In this document: positions 1 to 11,242 of the stretch, one piece after another
Position numbering within the stretch: the stretch's first letter is position 1
Layout of the letters: each line of letters opens with the position of its first letter
Notes under the pieces: generated by a model
Told to the model about the DNA's origin: nothing
Database searches by the model: none
The model's input: only the letters and a program-made list of their open reading frames with translations
Source of the DNA: Paramoeba atlantica
Lineage: Eukaryota; Protista; Discosea
Length of the DNA stretch: 64,000 nucleotides
Direction of reading: 5' to 3'
Assembly: GCA_977017575.1 (NCBI GenBank)
Contig: CDRNVI010000003.1
Span: 558,001-622,000, forward strand
Program-made: the position numbers and the translations under genes

Positions 1-732
1 CCGACGCGTAGGCACCGCGCTGTATCGTGGGGGTAAGCCCAGCATCTCACGTCTGCGGCGAACCATGGCTTGTAAATCAAGCATTCGTTGCCGGGCGTAG
101 GCCTCTCGTGAGGCTCGATATTTATTATGGTCCTGTCGCAACTGCGGTCTCTCCGCGGAGGGGTCACTGTGCTCGTAGCGTCGAGCCGCCTCTCGTCGAG
201 AGAACTCCGTAACTCGTTTTTTTACAGGAAGCATAGCGAGCTGGGATTTGTGTCGCAGATCTATAGATTTGAGATTGAGGCTCTGTGCGGATAGCAGCCA
301 TTTGAGACTAGGGGAGGGAAGTTGATGAACCCAAAGGGGGTAAAGTTGTTTCTGTGTTCCGAGCATAAAGGCCTCCCGGCGATCCTCATAACGAATCCCG
401 TGTGAGTCTTCTAGGCGTCTCAAAATCAGCTCCCTGTCCTTTTGTACTGTGTTGTTTTTTAATGGATTTGGGCTAGGAGACTGACCTTTTTGAGAAAAAT
501 CTTCCTTATTATTGGTTGAGGACTCGGAGGTAACGCTAGGTGAAGGTGTTGTCGCACCAACAGCAGATATTGTATTTTTCTTTAGATTGCCGTTACCGTA
601 ATGATCTTGTGATCGATTCCACAATTTAGAAATAGATGGAAATGGAGAGCTGGCATGAGACTTCGAGAACGAGTAGTACAGTCCTCGAGGCGTAAGTGGA
701 TGCACACCTTCTAAAAGGCAAACTCGTTGCAT
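1..732 (-). CDS. Hypothetical protein, 3'-truncated by the window edge (>=244 aa; absent from the ORF track)
   Basis: Manual translation: ATG at 732-730, no stop down to base 1 (MQRVCLLEG...LYPLWVHQLPSPSLKWLL...HNKYRASREAYARQRMLDLQAMVRRRREMLGLPP...). Same strand as all host genes. Confidence 0.55.
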   Translation of the reverse strand, partial: MQRVCLLEGVHPLTPRGLYYSFSKSHASSPFPSISKLWNRSQDHYGNGNLKKNTISAVGATTPSPSVTSESSTNNKEDFSQKGQSPSPNPLKNNTVQKDRELILRRLEDSHGIRYEDRREAFMLGTQKQLYPLWVHQLPSPSLKWLLSAQSLNLKSIDLRHKSQLAMLPVKKRVTEFSRREAARRYEHSDPSAERPQLRQDHNKYRASREAYARQRMLDLQAMVRRRREMLGLPPRYSAVPTRR

Positions 733-921
733 TCCTTATTGACAATTTAGTATCTCCTTCGATAAGTTATTGTTTTGTTCTTTACATGTAGAAAGTTAAT
801 CAAGGTAAGTAGGAGTTAAAATTCGTATTATGTAAAGCTACAGATCGCTTGTTTGGCTCTGGCGGCATCCCACCTCTTAAATACACTGTAACTTCGAACA
901 GGTTTGATATAGTGTTATTTG

Positions 922-1572
922 TCAAAATCTAAAATCGACTAATGATGGAACACTTGATGTTGCATAAACCTGGTTGCCTCGTAGCTCGATATGTTTTATT
1001 GAATCCGGAAGTTTTGAAAAATCGACTGGACCTACAAAACGATTATTACTTAGAGATAGATAACCCAAGCTTGTAGGGAGTGACGTAAGATCTAGTGTTC
1101 CGCTGAATTGGTTTTCCTGAATTCTCAAATCCTGTATTTCGGGCGGTAGCATCGTCAAGTCGACAGAACCAAAATGCTTGCCACGTGCAATGCTTAAATT
1201 GATCAGTGATGCAGGTAGATACGCAATGGGCAAGGTTCCCGTAAGTAGTCGCTGAAAAGCCGTCGTACAATTCAGAGTAGTGTCCGGCATGTATCGCCAC
1301 AATAAATTACCCGCGAGGCCGGCTGGACCACCAGAAAAAGGGGGATTTGCGAAAGCGATCACCGAAACGCGATAATCGGAATCACAACGTACATATTCCC
1401 AGTCGCATGCAGGTCTTTTGTCTGTCCATGAGTAATGCGGATGGGAAATGTTAGACACGAATTGGGCGAGTCGGTATTCCTGAGGGAGGTGTGCAGCTCG
1501 AACTTTTCCAAGTCTACTGGGCTCTGCATCGCGAAACAGCAAATGGACAATTGTATTTCGACAGCAAAACAT
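922..1572 (-). CDS. Short leucine-rich-repeat protein, copy 1
   Basis: LRR units (LPPEIQDLRIQENQFSGTLDLTSLPTSLGYLSLSNNRFVG) after an N-cap (WTDKRPACDW). First ATG at 1572. Paralog at 4301-4984. Confidence 0.85.
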   Translation of the reverse strand: MFCCRNTIVHLLFRDAEPSRLGKVRAAHLPQEYRLAQFVSNISHPHYSWTDKRPACDWEYVRCDSDYRVSVIAFANPPFSGGPAGLAGNLLWRYMPDTTLNCTTAFQRLLTGTLPIAYLPASLINLSIARGKHFGSVDLTMLPPEIQDLRIQENQFSGTLDLTSLPTSLGYLSLSNNRFVGPVDFSKLPDSIKHIELRGNQVYATSSVPSLVDFRF

Positions 1573-2208
1573 GCAAAATGAAGCACCAACAAAAAGCAAG
1601 AATCACAAATAGGGAAAGACGTAAACTAAGAGTTATAAACTACAATTCCCATATACTGTATGAAAATAAAATTACGCCTCAACGTCAATGCACGATATGT
1701 TATCTGGGGTGTAGTTCGTAAGTATAAAGTAGAAAAGCAAAAAAAAGACAGCAAAATCGATAAAGAATTAAAAAATCGGAAATAACTCGAATGAGGAAAT
1801 GGTATTTCTCCTCAGAATTCTATTTCTCCCCGCTAATCGCGTGGTGCACTCATAAAGGTTTTCTAAAACCTTTAAAGCTCTGTCTACAAAGTATGTTTAG
1901 TCTACCACTTCATTTCATGCAGCAAGTTTCTACGCTGCACCCGATCCATCATGACCGTTGAATATTCCTCAAAATTAGGACAACTTCAAAATGGGAACTT
2001 ACAAAGGGAATTTTAAATCATGTGTTGACCTTACGGAACAACACGAAGTAAAGTCACATATTTAAAATACCGCTCCGTATAGTAACAGTGCATTGAATCG
2101 TCAAGGGTGCCGACTACGTTGCACAAAGCTCCTCAGGAATGCTGAAAAGACATCGGAGCACCGTCCGCGATTGCTTTCACTGGTCTCTCAACTTTAAAAC
2201 GCGTTTCA

Positions 2209-3384
2209 TCACTTCTCACCTAATTGCCAATAACTAATATCCACTACTTTTCGCTGCTTCCTTCTTGGTCGGGACGTAATCGGAAGCCGCCTGAAAAGTG
2301 CAATGTTCGCTTTTTTCTCTAGCTCATCCAATGACACCACATAGTCCCACACCTCCTTTGCCGTCACTGGCTCATTCGGAATCTTAAACCCAATCGCCTC
2401 CCCTGTGGCATAGCAAAACACCGCAAAAAAGAACCCGTGCGGGGTCCCAATCTCATTCGTCTTCTCCACATTCCGTTTCGCCCACAACGGCCCCACCGCA
2501 ATCGCATGTTTCCCCCGTCTCAACACCCACCGCCGCACATAACTCTCCAACGACTTCCACCCCTGTCGATTCAACTCCGGGTGTTGCAAACACACATTCG
2601 TTAACAGCATCGTCTGCTGACGACTGCGGTGGGAGAACGTGATGGTCCCCGCGGGGGCGAGATGGCCCCGGTCATACCCCGTCCTCAGGTAATCCCCCGG
2701 ACTCGCCCTAAACCCCTCCGGGACCTCCGGGTCCGGGACGAACGCCTCCCGCTCCCCCCCGTCGAGCTCCACCCCGAGGGAGCCCGCACAGGCGATGTAG
2801 GACACCCACAGGGGGCTTCGTAGGGGGTAGCTGTACCCCACACAGTACCCGTCGCGGTGGAGGACCAGGTCCGACTTCACGCAGTACCCCGCGCGCCAGT
2901 GTCGTCGGAAGGCGCGGGTGTAGAGCCAGACGTAGGAGAGGTGGCGGTTGGGCCACAGCGCTCGCAGCCACAGTGTGGTGAGGGCAGTGCCGAGGAGGAG
3001 ACCGGAGAGCAGGGAGGGGGGGTCCCAGGGGTGGGAGAGGGCAGTGGGGGAGAGGGCGGGGAGAGCAGGGAGGGGAAAGGAGGGGAGACCGGTGGGTTGG
3101 AGAAGGGAGGGGTACCCTCGGTGGTAGGCGGTGGACAGGAGGTGGTGGGTGTGGGTGAGGGTGGTGTGGTAGAGGGTGGAGAGGTTGTGGAGGTTTTGTT
3201 GGAGGTTTTGTTGGAGGGTTTGTTGGGTTTTTTGCCATGGGGTGAGGGGTGGGGGTGGGGGTTTTCTCCAGAAGTAGAGGCGTTGGAGAGGGGAGGGTTT
3301 GGGAGGGGGTTCTGCGTAGCCTAGGAGGTTGTCGAGGAGAGAACCTGGAGTGGAAGAGGTGAGGTGTGAGTGGTCTCCAAACAT
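2209..3384 (-). CDS. ENDOG: DNA/RNA non-specific endonuclease (EndoG/Nuc1 family)
   Basis: Catalytic motif YDRGHLAPAG, followed by NVCLQHPELNRQGWKSLESYVR and IPNEP. N-terminal Pro-rich region and a hydrophobic segment. Start placed at ATG 3384 (the ORF-track start is a non-ATG extension). Confidence 0.88.
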   Translation of the reverse strand: MFGDHSHLTSSTPGSLLDNLLGYAEPPPKPSPLQRLYFWRKPPPPPLTPWQKTQQTLQQNLQQNLHNLSTLYHTTLTHTHHLLSTAYHRGYPSLLQPTGLPSFPLPALPALSPTALSHPWDPPSLLSGLLLGTALTTLWLRALWPNRHLSYVWLYTRAFRRHWRAGYCVKSDLVLHRDGYCVGYSYPLRSPLWVSYIACAGSLGVELDGGEREAFVPDPEVPEGFRASPGDYLRTGYDRGHLAPAGTITFSHRSRQQTMLLTNVCLQHPELNRQGWKSLESYVRRWVLRRGKHAIAVGPLWAKRNVEKTNEIGTPHGFFFAVFCYATGEAIGFKIPNEPVTAKEVWDYVVSLDELEKKANIALFRRLPITSRPRRKQRKVVDISYWQLGEK

Positions 3385-4300
3385 GCGATAGGGTGTTTGA
3401 AATGCATAAAGTAGTACAAGCGCAAAGAAAGGGAACCTATTCCATGTATAGCTAAAGTGTAGATTATGAATACGTGAGATATAAACTTTACTTTGCATTT
3501 GTTGTATGTTGGTTACAGCATTCGTCAAATTTTAAGTGTGTTATCCGATTTTGATAAAAACGGGGACCTACAATGTTTCTATACGTTATAAGCTTCTGTG
3601 CGTTATTTTATTACATGCACGTAATTAGCCCCCCCCCCCTCAATAGAGTATTTTGCCGAAAACCGTATTAGAAGCATACGTTATAAGTTTCTGTGCGTTA
3701 TTTTATTACCGCCCCCCCTATTTAGTGTTTAGTAAAATTGGGCAAAATTAAACACTTAGTAGGGGAGAGGAATGATCAATATAAAAAAACGTGAAAAATA
3801 GATAGAAAATGAAAAAAATGAAGGGGAAAAATATTGATGGCGGAACTACAGAGGGCGCCTTTTCAGTTGTCTATAAACAAATTACATGCTGGGAAATTAA
3901 GAAATCTATTTAAAAACTATCGCAAAAGACTTCAATTGGTGATAGAAAAGAAAAGGTATCATACTGGATATTGAATACGTATCTAGCGTCATTCTTACGT
4001 CCTCTACACACGATTAATACTTTCAAAAACATAAAAAATTCAAAAATATGGAAAACAATTAAAAAAGTGTACACCCTCAAACATTGTCTGGTCATTTTAG
4101 TAATTTTTTTTATTCCAATCATGAAAAGGACAGCGGATTCGAAACGATTGGGTCGAAAAACAGTCCCATGCCAACTATTTCCAAAATCGAACAAGATACA
4201 AGACCTGTAGGGGGTACATGAAGCTGGACAGGGGTGTATGTACATACATGTACATGTTTTTATATTCCGAACATTTAGGTGATAGCATTGCCATGTATAT

Positions 4301-4984
4301 TTATCTAAAATCGACAAATCTAAAATCGACAAATGACGGAACACTTGATATTGCATAAACTTGATTTCCTCGTAGCTCGATATCTTTTACTGAATCCGGA
4401 AGTTTCGAAAAGTCGACTGGACCCTCGAAAAAATTATTGCTCAGAGCTAGATATTCCAAGTTTGTAGGGAGTGACGTAAGATCTAATGCTCCGCTGAATT
4501 GGTTTTCCTGAATTCTCAAATCTTGTATTTCGGGTGGTAATACCGTTAAGTCGGCAGAACCAGAGTGCATGCAACGTGCAATGTTTAAACTAATCAGTGA
4601 TGCAGGTAGATACGCAATGGGCAAGGTTCCCTTAAGTAGCGGCTGAGACTTTGTCGTACACTTCACAGTAGTGTCCGGCATGTATCGCCACAATAAATTA
4701 CCCGCGAGGTGCGCCGGACCACCAGAAAAGTGGTGCGTTGAGCCACGAAAGTCGGCTTCCATAAAATGGATTTCCGAAACGTGATGTTTTGAATCACAAC
4801 ATATATATTTCCAGTCGCAGGCAGGCCTTTTGTCTGTCCATGAGTAATGCGGATTGGAAATGTTAGACACGAATTGGGCGAGTCGGTATTCCTGAGGGAG
4901 GTGTGCAGCTCGAACTTTTCCAAGTCTACTGGGCTCTGCATCGCGAAACAGAAAATGGACAATTGTACTTCGACAGTAAAACAT
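4301..4984 (-). CDS. Short leucine-rich-repeat protein, copy 2
   Basis: Collinear and highly similar to 922-1572 (DAEPSRLGKVRAAHLPQEYRLAQFVSNIS...); similarity continues ~130 bp upstream of the ATG. Confidence 0.85.
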   Translation of the reverse strand: MFYCRSTIVHFLFRDAEPSRLGKVRAAHLPQEYRLAQFVSNISNPHYSWTDKRPACDWKYICCDSKHHVSEIHFMEADFRGSTHHFSGGPAHLAGNLLWRYMPDTTVKCTTKSQPLLKGTLPIAYLPASLISLNIARCMHSGSADLTVLPPEIQDLRIQENQFSGALDLTSLPTNLEYLALSNNFFEGPVDFSKLPDSVKDIELRGNQVYAISSVPSFVDFRFVDFR

Positions 4985-5415
4985 GCGAACTGAAGTTCTG
5001 CCAAAAAGAAGAATATCGAATTGGGAAAGACGCGAACAGGGCGTTATAAACTACAATTCCTGAATACAGTAGGAATCTAAAATAATATGTAATCGTGAAT
5101 CTATGATATTGATATCAGGGGTGGGGTGCTTATGTCAGTCTGATAAAGAGGAGTAATACAGTAAAAGTCACTCTTCTGAGGATGGACAGTTGCACATTGC
5201 CGCGTAAAAAAGCCTTTTTTCGTGAATTTTCGTCGCTATTCTCAGAATTGACGTTGGCAGCAGCTTTTTCAGAAAAAATTGAACCATTCTCATTTTTCCT
5301 TATCATCCTTTTTTCGAATGAAAATAGTTGCAAAAAACAACCTTTTGTCTTTATTATTTAAAATATAACATCACCAGAGAATTTCAACATAGTCTTGACC
5401 AATGGGTTACGCCAA

Positions 5416-7070
5416 TGAGAAAAAGTGTAAAGTCTTGAAGGTCGTAAGGGATAGCCCTGGCGAAACTCTGACAACTAAGATGGAACACGCGCGGTCAGAA
5501 GTCAAGGTCAATGTTCCATCGAAAACCATTTATTGATGGCTTCAAGATTCAGATGCAATCTTCGCCGCCGCTCCAAAGAGCAAACATGCCCGAGTTTCCC
5601 ACCACAAGAACCAGATGACGCTTGAGGCTGGTGTATTTTCTTGTATGGACGAAAAGCAACAGTTCACCACGCATCAACTAGAGTCCTACATCCGTAGCAT
5701 CACTGGAAGTAAGTTTGATGGTAAGAAAAGCGCTTTGCAATCTTGGATTCAGCGAGTACTTAAAAAACGATTATACACATTGAATTGCTGAAGAGAAGAA
5801 ATCATTGCCCTTTTCTTGGGATGAGGATGTAATAAGTTTTGTTCAGAAAGTGCGCTTTCACGCCGAGGCGTATGGTGAAACTCGGGTGTGTAAACTCGGG
5901 TGCCGGTAGATGAGACCGGGCTATTTATTTCACACGGTTCAAAGTACGTTTGAAGAAGAAGGGGTTCTTTAGCTCCAGAAGCGATCTCTAATGTAAACTC
6001 AAAATGTCGAGTCTCGATATTCATTGGCACCTCTACAACAATGTATGATCGGAGAAAAGTTGCCCGTCTCATTTGTATTAAAAGGTGAGCTCGATCCCAA
6101 GTCCCGAAACTCAAGAAATCTAGCGAATCGCTACCGGGACGACGCATGTGTTCGCATTAAACGAAACGCATGGGCGGACGCACAAATTTGTTCTGCTGTG
6201 TTCAAAAAAATGACACAATTAATGCCCGGAAAAATATTATGGCTATTGGACCGTTTTAAAGGATATCGGCATCTTCCCGACATGTTGAAGCAGCGGAACG
6301 AATTCTCCTATCAAGGCGGGTCGGTTCTTTTCGGACTTGCGGGCATGATTCACTTGTGGCAACCGGCCGATCTAGGTATCATAAAAATGTTCAAAGGTCG
6401 ATACCAGAACCTTGTCCAAGAAGAAGCTGAGAATACCGAGGCCTCTTCCAACTACACTTCTTTAGACGTAATGTTGCATCTTGTGCGACGCGCGTGGGAT
6501 TCCTGTCCTATCGAAAGCATTCGGTCGTGTTGGGCAAGTGGGGGATGTATCCCCAATCGAGGAACCTTGGTAGGGAAAAAAACTTTCACTCCAACCTGGA
6601 CCCAGATACCCCTCTCCAGCAACACGCTCCCATCGATGTTGACCACTCTACATCGGAGGCTTGCGAAGCTGACAAAGAACTCTCGTTGGGAAGTGGTACC
6701 AGTGAAGAAGAAGTGGACGACGACGAAGAAGAAGACGTTTTCAAGTCAATCGGAAATATGGCTATCACTCAACCGTAATTTAAGGTACACAGAGGAAGCG
6801 TAAAAGAAAGAAATAACTTTTTTAAGTATTCTCATTTTTCGTGTTCAAAACGAGTAATGGCGCCACAACATAAACGAGCGAGAAGGGGGGCATGCAAAGG
6901 CACTGCGTGGTGCAACGACTATTTGCTGCGGACGGCACGAAATGGCACAGGATAGCGCATGATAAATGCAAAATAAAATCACTGCCGCCTCCATAAAACA
7001 CATATGAGCTTCCTCAAAAAGTATGCTTAAAAGGGGCCTTCACCGGTGCGCTTAAACGGGGGGGACAATA
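5416..7070 (+). mobile_element. Degenerate pogo/Tigger-type (DDE_1) transposon
   Basis: GEKLPVSFVLKG, LWLLDRFKGY and WQPADLGIIKMFKGRY motifs in ORF 6024-6803. Interrupted N-terminal reading upstream. Right end GTGCGCTTAAACGGGGGGGACAA|TA (7046-7070) matches the MITE end at 41367. Left end not identified. Confidence 0.75.
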
Positions 7071-7487
7071 GATTAAAATCACCCGTGATAGGAAGAAAAA
7101 GCAGACCGTCCCCCCTTTTGTTGCACCCGAAATATTGTTAAATACAAAATGCATTGTATTGCAAATGAAGCACATGATCGCAAAATAAAAAGACGTACAT
7201 TAAAAACCTCACATCGCCAATTAATGTATTCGTCAAAAATAACAATCGAGCCCGAAACAAAGGGCGAAGAGCACTGCCCTTTATTATAGAACGCAGCATA
7301 CAATGGGCTCCACAGGGGGTACATGTACATGTACCCGTTACATGTACATGTACATGACATTTATATGAACATGTATGTACATTTGCGCTGTATCCGATAG
7401 AATATGCTCAATAAACTTTTCTGTTTTCTGCACAAAATACGCCCTACACACTTTATGACGACAATAACAGGAGATACGGATCTTGAA

Positions 7488-8771
7488 CTAACGGCCCATA
7501 TGCAAGGCATCACTCCACACCGGTACACCTCGATCCACAATACGTGACCTCCAATAGCCCTCACTGTGCATCAATCGAGGACCAAAATGAATCCCTAGGG
7601 CTTCATTACAAGGATCGTCATCTTCAATAACCGCCACTCCATTCCATCCGATCGCCAGACACGCATGGAAGTCACTCATTAGGTGATCCCCCAAGTACGT
7701 TACGTTCTTCGGATGCGTTACTCGATGAAACACTGCCGCGCTCCCGCCGAGATAGACCTTTCGTCCATCCAGCTCCACATCCTTTACTGCCACCTCCGGG
7801 GTTTTCTCCAGCGCCTCCCAGTACTCGAATCCTTTTTCAGCGTACTCACTTCGGTCAATCTCCCGCGTGGCTCGGGAACTGTCCAAGAAGAACCCCGGCT
7901 TGCAGGAGTAGGTGAAGCTTACGTCAAACAGATTCCACCAGTGCAGCGGGTCCTCCTTCTCCGAGGGCACATGCAGCGCCTCGCGAAGCACCGCGGGGGA
8001 ATCTCGCGTGTCGTCCTCCCCCCTCTCCGGGGACGGGGACAGCAGAAACCGCAACAAAAAGTTACAGTAATCAAAATGGGAGTTGGTACACAGAAACAAC
8101 TTCTTGCCTTGTTTTCGCAGGTTGTGGAGATACGGCACGAACTCCGGGCGGTGATAAATATATTTCCCCGGATCACGAAGAATGTGAGGGTAATAAGACC
8201 CACGCAGCGCGGAAAGGTTGGTCCAATCAAACGAGCCCTGGTAGTACTCCGTGGCGACGTGGCCAATCGCGGCGTAGTCCCGCAGCACGGGGTGATCCTT
8301 TGTGGCATCCACGAAATCCACACACAGGATGATACCGTAGAGCGTGCCGAGGCCGAAGGCTTCACTAAACACCAGAAAATCTTCCCGTTTCTGGCTGCTC
8401 TCGAGAAACCCAAACCCACGCCAGGGGGTGTCTGTGGTGTACAGCGCGGCAATCTGCTCCGGGGTTCGTCTCGTGCGTCCGTGGAAGGCCACGAGGACTT
8501 GGCCTTGCTTGCCAAGCGACAGCAGGTCCCCGGTGTGGAGATCAAACACAACCCCGCGTCGGCAATAGCCCATATCGAAGGGGAGCTCCTCGATGGTCTT
8601 GCCCTCAAAGCAGGACCAGGTGGTGGTGTAGCGCTCGGTGAGTTTTTGGAACAGGAAGGAACGAAACCCGCGATCGATCATCGAGAGAAGGGGTTGGAGA
8701 CGGTAGCGTACCAGGGTGTGGTCGAGGTCAAACCCCACCCATTGCTCCGAGGAGGATAGGGACGCGGACAT
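7488..8771 (-). CDS. HAD-superfamily 5'-nucleotidase (NT5DC/cN-II-like)
   Basis: All four HAD motifs: GFDLDHTLVRY, FLCTNSH, KPGFF, YLGDHLMSD. Confidence 0.9.
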   Translation of the reverse strand: MSASLSSSEQWVGFDLDHTLVRYRLQPLLSMIDRGFRSFLFQKLTERYTTTWSCFEGKTIEELPFDMGYCRRGVVFDLHTGDLLSLGKQGQVLVAFHGRTRRTPEQIAALYTTDTPWRGFGFLESSQKREDFLVFSEAFGLGTLYGIILCVDFVDATKDHPVLRDYAAIGHVATEYYQGSFDWTNLSALRGSYYPHILRDPGKYIYHRPEFVPYLHNLRKQGKKLFLCTNSHFDYCNFLLRFLLSPSPERGEDDTRDSPAVLREALHVPSEKEDPLHWWNLFDVSFTYSCKPGFFLDSSRATREIDRSEYAEKGFEYWEALEKTPEVAVKDVELDGRKVYLGGSAAVFHRVTHPKNVTYLGDHLMSDFHACLAIGWNGVAVIEDDDPCNEALGIHFGPRLMHSEGYWRSRIVDRGVPVWSDALHMGR

Positions 8772-9072
8772 GGTTTGGGGGGGGGGGTGAAGGTGTATGT
8801 GGATGAGTAGTCGCCAAAGGATAATGTGTAGCGCAGGGTCGTGGTGAAGTTCTTTAGATTTTCAAAAGAAGAGATGCTAATATTCATCTAGCAACTTAAA
8901 ACCTTGATTATTTTCTCATTATTCGTTTTTATTGTTGAATTACTCCTCGCGCACAATACAAAAATAAGAATTGTAAGTTTCGTGTTACACTGTATTTCGA
9001 GGGCCGTGTAACGTGTGAGCTACAGCAAAAGCGTTTTAAACAAAATGCCACCTGCAGTTTAATTCGTACCAT

Positions 9073-9540
9073 TTAGGACTTCGGTTTTGCATGTTTTAGT
9101 GTGTGTTCTTGTGCCTTCCTTCGAAACTGCGTAGGCTTGGACTGGAGCTCATGCGCGATATCTAGCTCTAGGGCACTATTCGGGTTTGGCTCATTTAGGA
9201 GTGCAAGGATGGAGAGCAACACCTTTGCCACATTCAATGCAGGAGACCATGTATTCCCTGTGGTTCCATGCTTCAGAATGTCAAGACAAATATCTCCGTT
9301 CTTGTTAATGTTCGGATGATAAATAGGGGTGGTAAATTTCACATGAGGAGGTCGAAATGGATAATCTGTTGGAAAGCGAAGCGTTAAGTTAAAAATTCCT
9401 CCAGCGTATGGTGTGTCCTCCGGTCCCGTAATGGTTGCTTTCCAACGATAAAGATCATTTTGCAGCGGAGCCGCAGTTACATTTTGCGGAGCATCGCGTT
9501 GCATGTCGCGCAATTCCTTCTGCAATCGCTGTGTAGCCAT
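9073..9540 (-). CDS. UBC4: Ubiquitin-conjugating enzyme E2, UBC4/5 (UBE2D)-like
   Basis: MATQRLQKEL, GPEDTPYAGG, FPTDYPFRPP and HPNINKNGDICLDILK (catalytic Cys); short insertion HGTTGN. Confidence 0.93.
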   Translation of the reverse strand: MATQRLQKELRDMQRDAPQNVTAAPLQNDLYRWKATITGPEDTPYAGGIFNLTLRFPTDYPFRPPHVKFTTPIYHPNINKNGDICLDILKHGTTGNTWSPALNVAKVLLSILALLNEPNPNSALELDIAHELQSKPTQFRRKAQEHTLKHAKPKS

Positions 9541-10654
9541 ATTCGTTTAAAATCTCTACAAAATTCTAGTCGTTAAATTCATTCTTTTATAGAACATAGG
9601 TTACATCGCAAAAAGATAATGTTATTGCAAAAAGTAGTTTATTTCCAGAAAAAAAACTTTTGTGGGAATAAGCACGGAAATAGTTTCATCAACTTTAAGA
9701 GGTGTATAGAAAGTGCAGCATAAAAATCTATTTGTTCATAAACGCTTTTAACCGTATTTACATATGGCTGAAAAATGATATGCGAAAACTCTTCTTCCAA
9801 ATAGCATGTCAAGTATGCTAAATACCCAAAGAAATTTCCTCCCCTTCGTATAACCTAGTGGTCGATTTCATGAATAAGACTATCAGGCACTCTGATAGTT
9901 TTACAGATCTGAGATCAGCGCGTTTCACATGAAAAACTACAGCTGTCCCTAACTTGCAACTAAGGGTTGATACTTTAGAAAATATTTTTGTTAAAATTTA
10001 ATTAAATTGTTAAAAGAATGAATTGAAAGGTTATCTGGTTAACAACTTGTGATGCTTCTACAGCTTTGTGTTTTTCACGTTGGGCTCCGACACCATCGAA
10101 GCAACCACTCAAAAAACGAACGTCCCTGTGTATCCATTGAAAAATAAATTTTCAAGTGTTCGACAATGAATAGTCATCAATCGAAAATGCCCCACGAATC
10201 TACATAGAATACGACGAAATAGGATTCATATGCATACAATTCAGGAATCGAGGGTAGACCGGAGTAGTTTTTCAAGCACAGCGATAAGCTAAACTACACA
10301 ACCAGGTGAACATGTACTACAATAAATCGTACCAGTTTCGAATTGCACATTCATTCAAAACAACAAGCATAGTTTTGCAATGCACTTCATTCCCATAAAG
10401 TCCAAAACTAGATCGCGCCAACCATATATTTATGCACAATGTGGTAAACGTGCAACAAAGATTTCCGATTTCAGTAAATATTCTTTTCATGCAAATCCAC
10501 CATTTCAAGGGACAAATTCAAAAACTTTACACTAACGCAAAACAAAATGTACGTCACGGCAATAACAATACAGCAAAGCAAAACTTCCATTCCAAAGGCA
10601 CACGCACCTGAACTCAACGTAGGCCCCAATAACCTTTAACAACGCCAATCATTT

Positions 10655-11242
10655 CTATTTGAACCGGGATTCACGGGGAGGTCGCTCCTCTCGGGTGTCC
10701 TGGCGAAATCGACGACGCTGCAGCTCATCACTACGGCGCCCGCGGATATCCTCCTCACGACGATCACGGAGGGAATGTGGCACTCGGCGGGACGCGGGGT
10801 GGCGATAGCTGCGAGTGTACTGAGGGGCGTTTTCGGAAACTCGGGAGCGGGGACGCACCTCCTCGTACCGATGTGTGCGTCGGTGACCATACCCAACGGG
10901 GTCTCGGCGTGAACTCCAGCGGTCCTGATGGAAGGCATTTAGTTGCACCTCACGCTCATGGTTACTGCCCCCACCACGACCAAAGCGGCGTGTGATGGGT
11001 GCTCCCCGACCGCCTCGTTGTGCCGAATGATGACTTTGGTGGTACCCCTCCGGAACGCGATGGTGAACTTCATGGTAGGGTCGAGCGTTGTTGTACGGTA
11101 GGGCGCCGTGCGGACGTGTGCCGTAGGAGCCTTGTCGGGGGTAACGTCGCTGTCCGATCTGACGCCCACGCTGCGGTTTCGAGCGTTGTATCTCCTTCAC
11201 AAGGTCGTCCAAGGGTCGGTTGAGATCGACTTCAAGATCCAT
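10655..11242 (-). CDS. Arg/Gly-rich low-complexity protein, copy 1 (N-terminus resembles the ALYREF/Yra1 'LDxSLDDI' motif)
   Basis: MDLEVDLNRPLDDLVKE followed by RGG/RS-rich sequence. Near-identical copy at 14252-14839. Confidence 0.7.
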   Translation of the reverse strand: MDLEVDLNRPLDDLVKEIQRSKPQRGRQIGQRRYPRQGSYGTRPHGALPYNNARPYHEVHHRVPEGYHQSHHSAQRGGRGAPITRRFGRGGGSNHEREVQLNAFHQDRWSSRRDPVGYGHRRTHRYEEVRPRSRVSENAPQYTRSYRHPASRRVPHSLRDRREEDIRGRRSDELQRRRFRQDTREERPPRESRFK

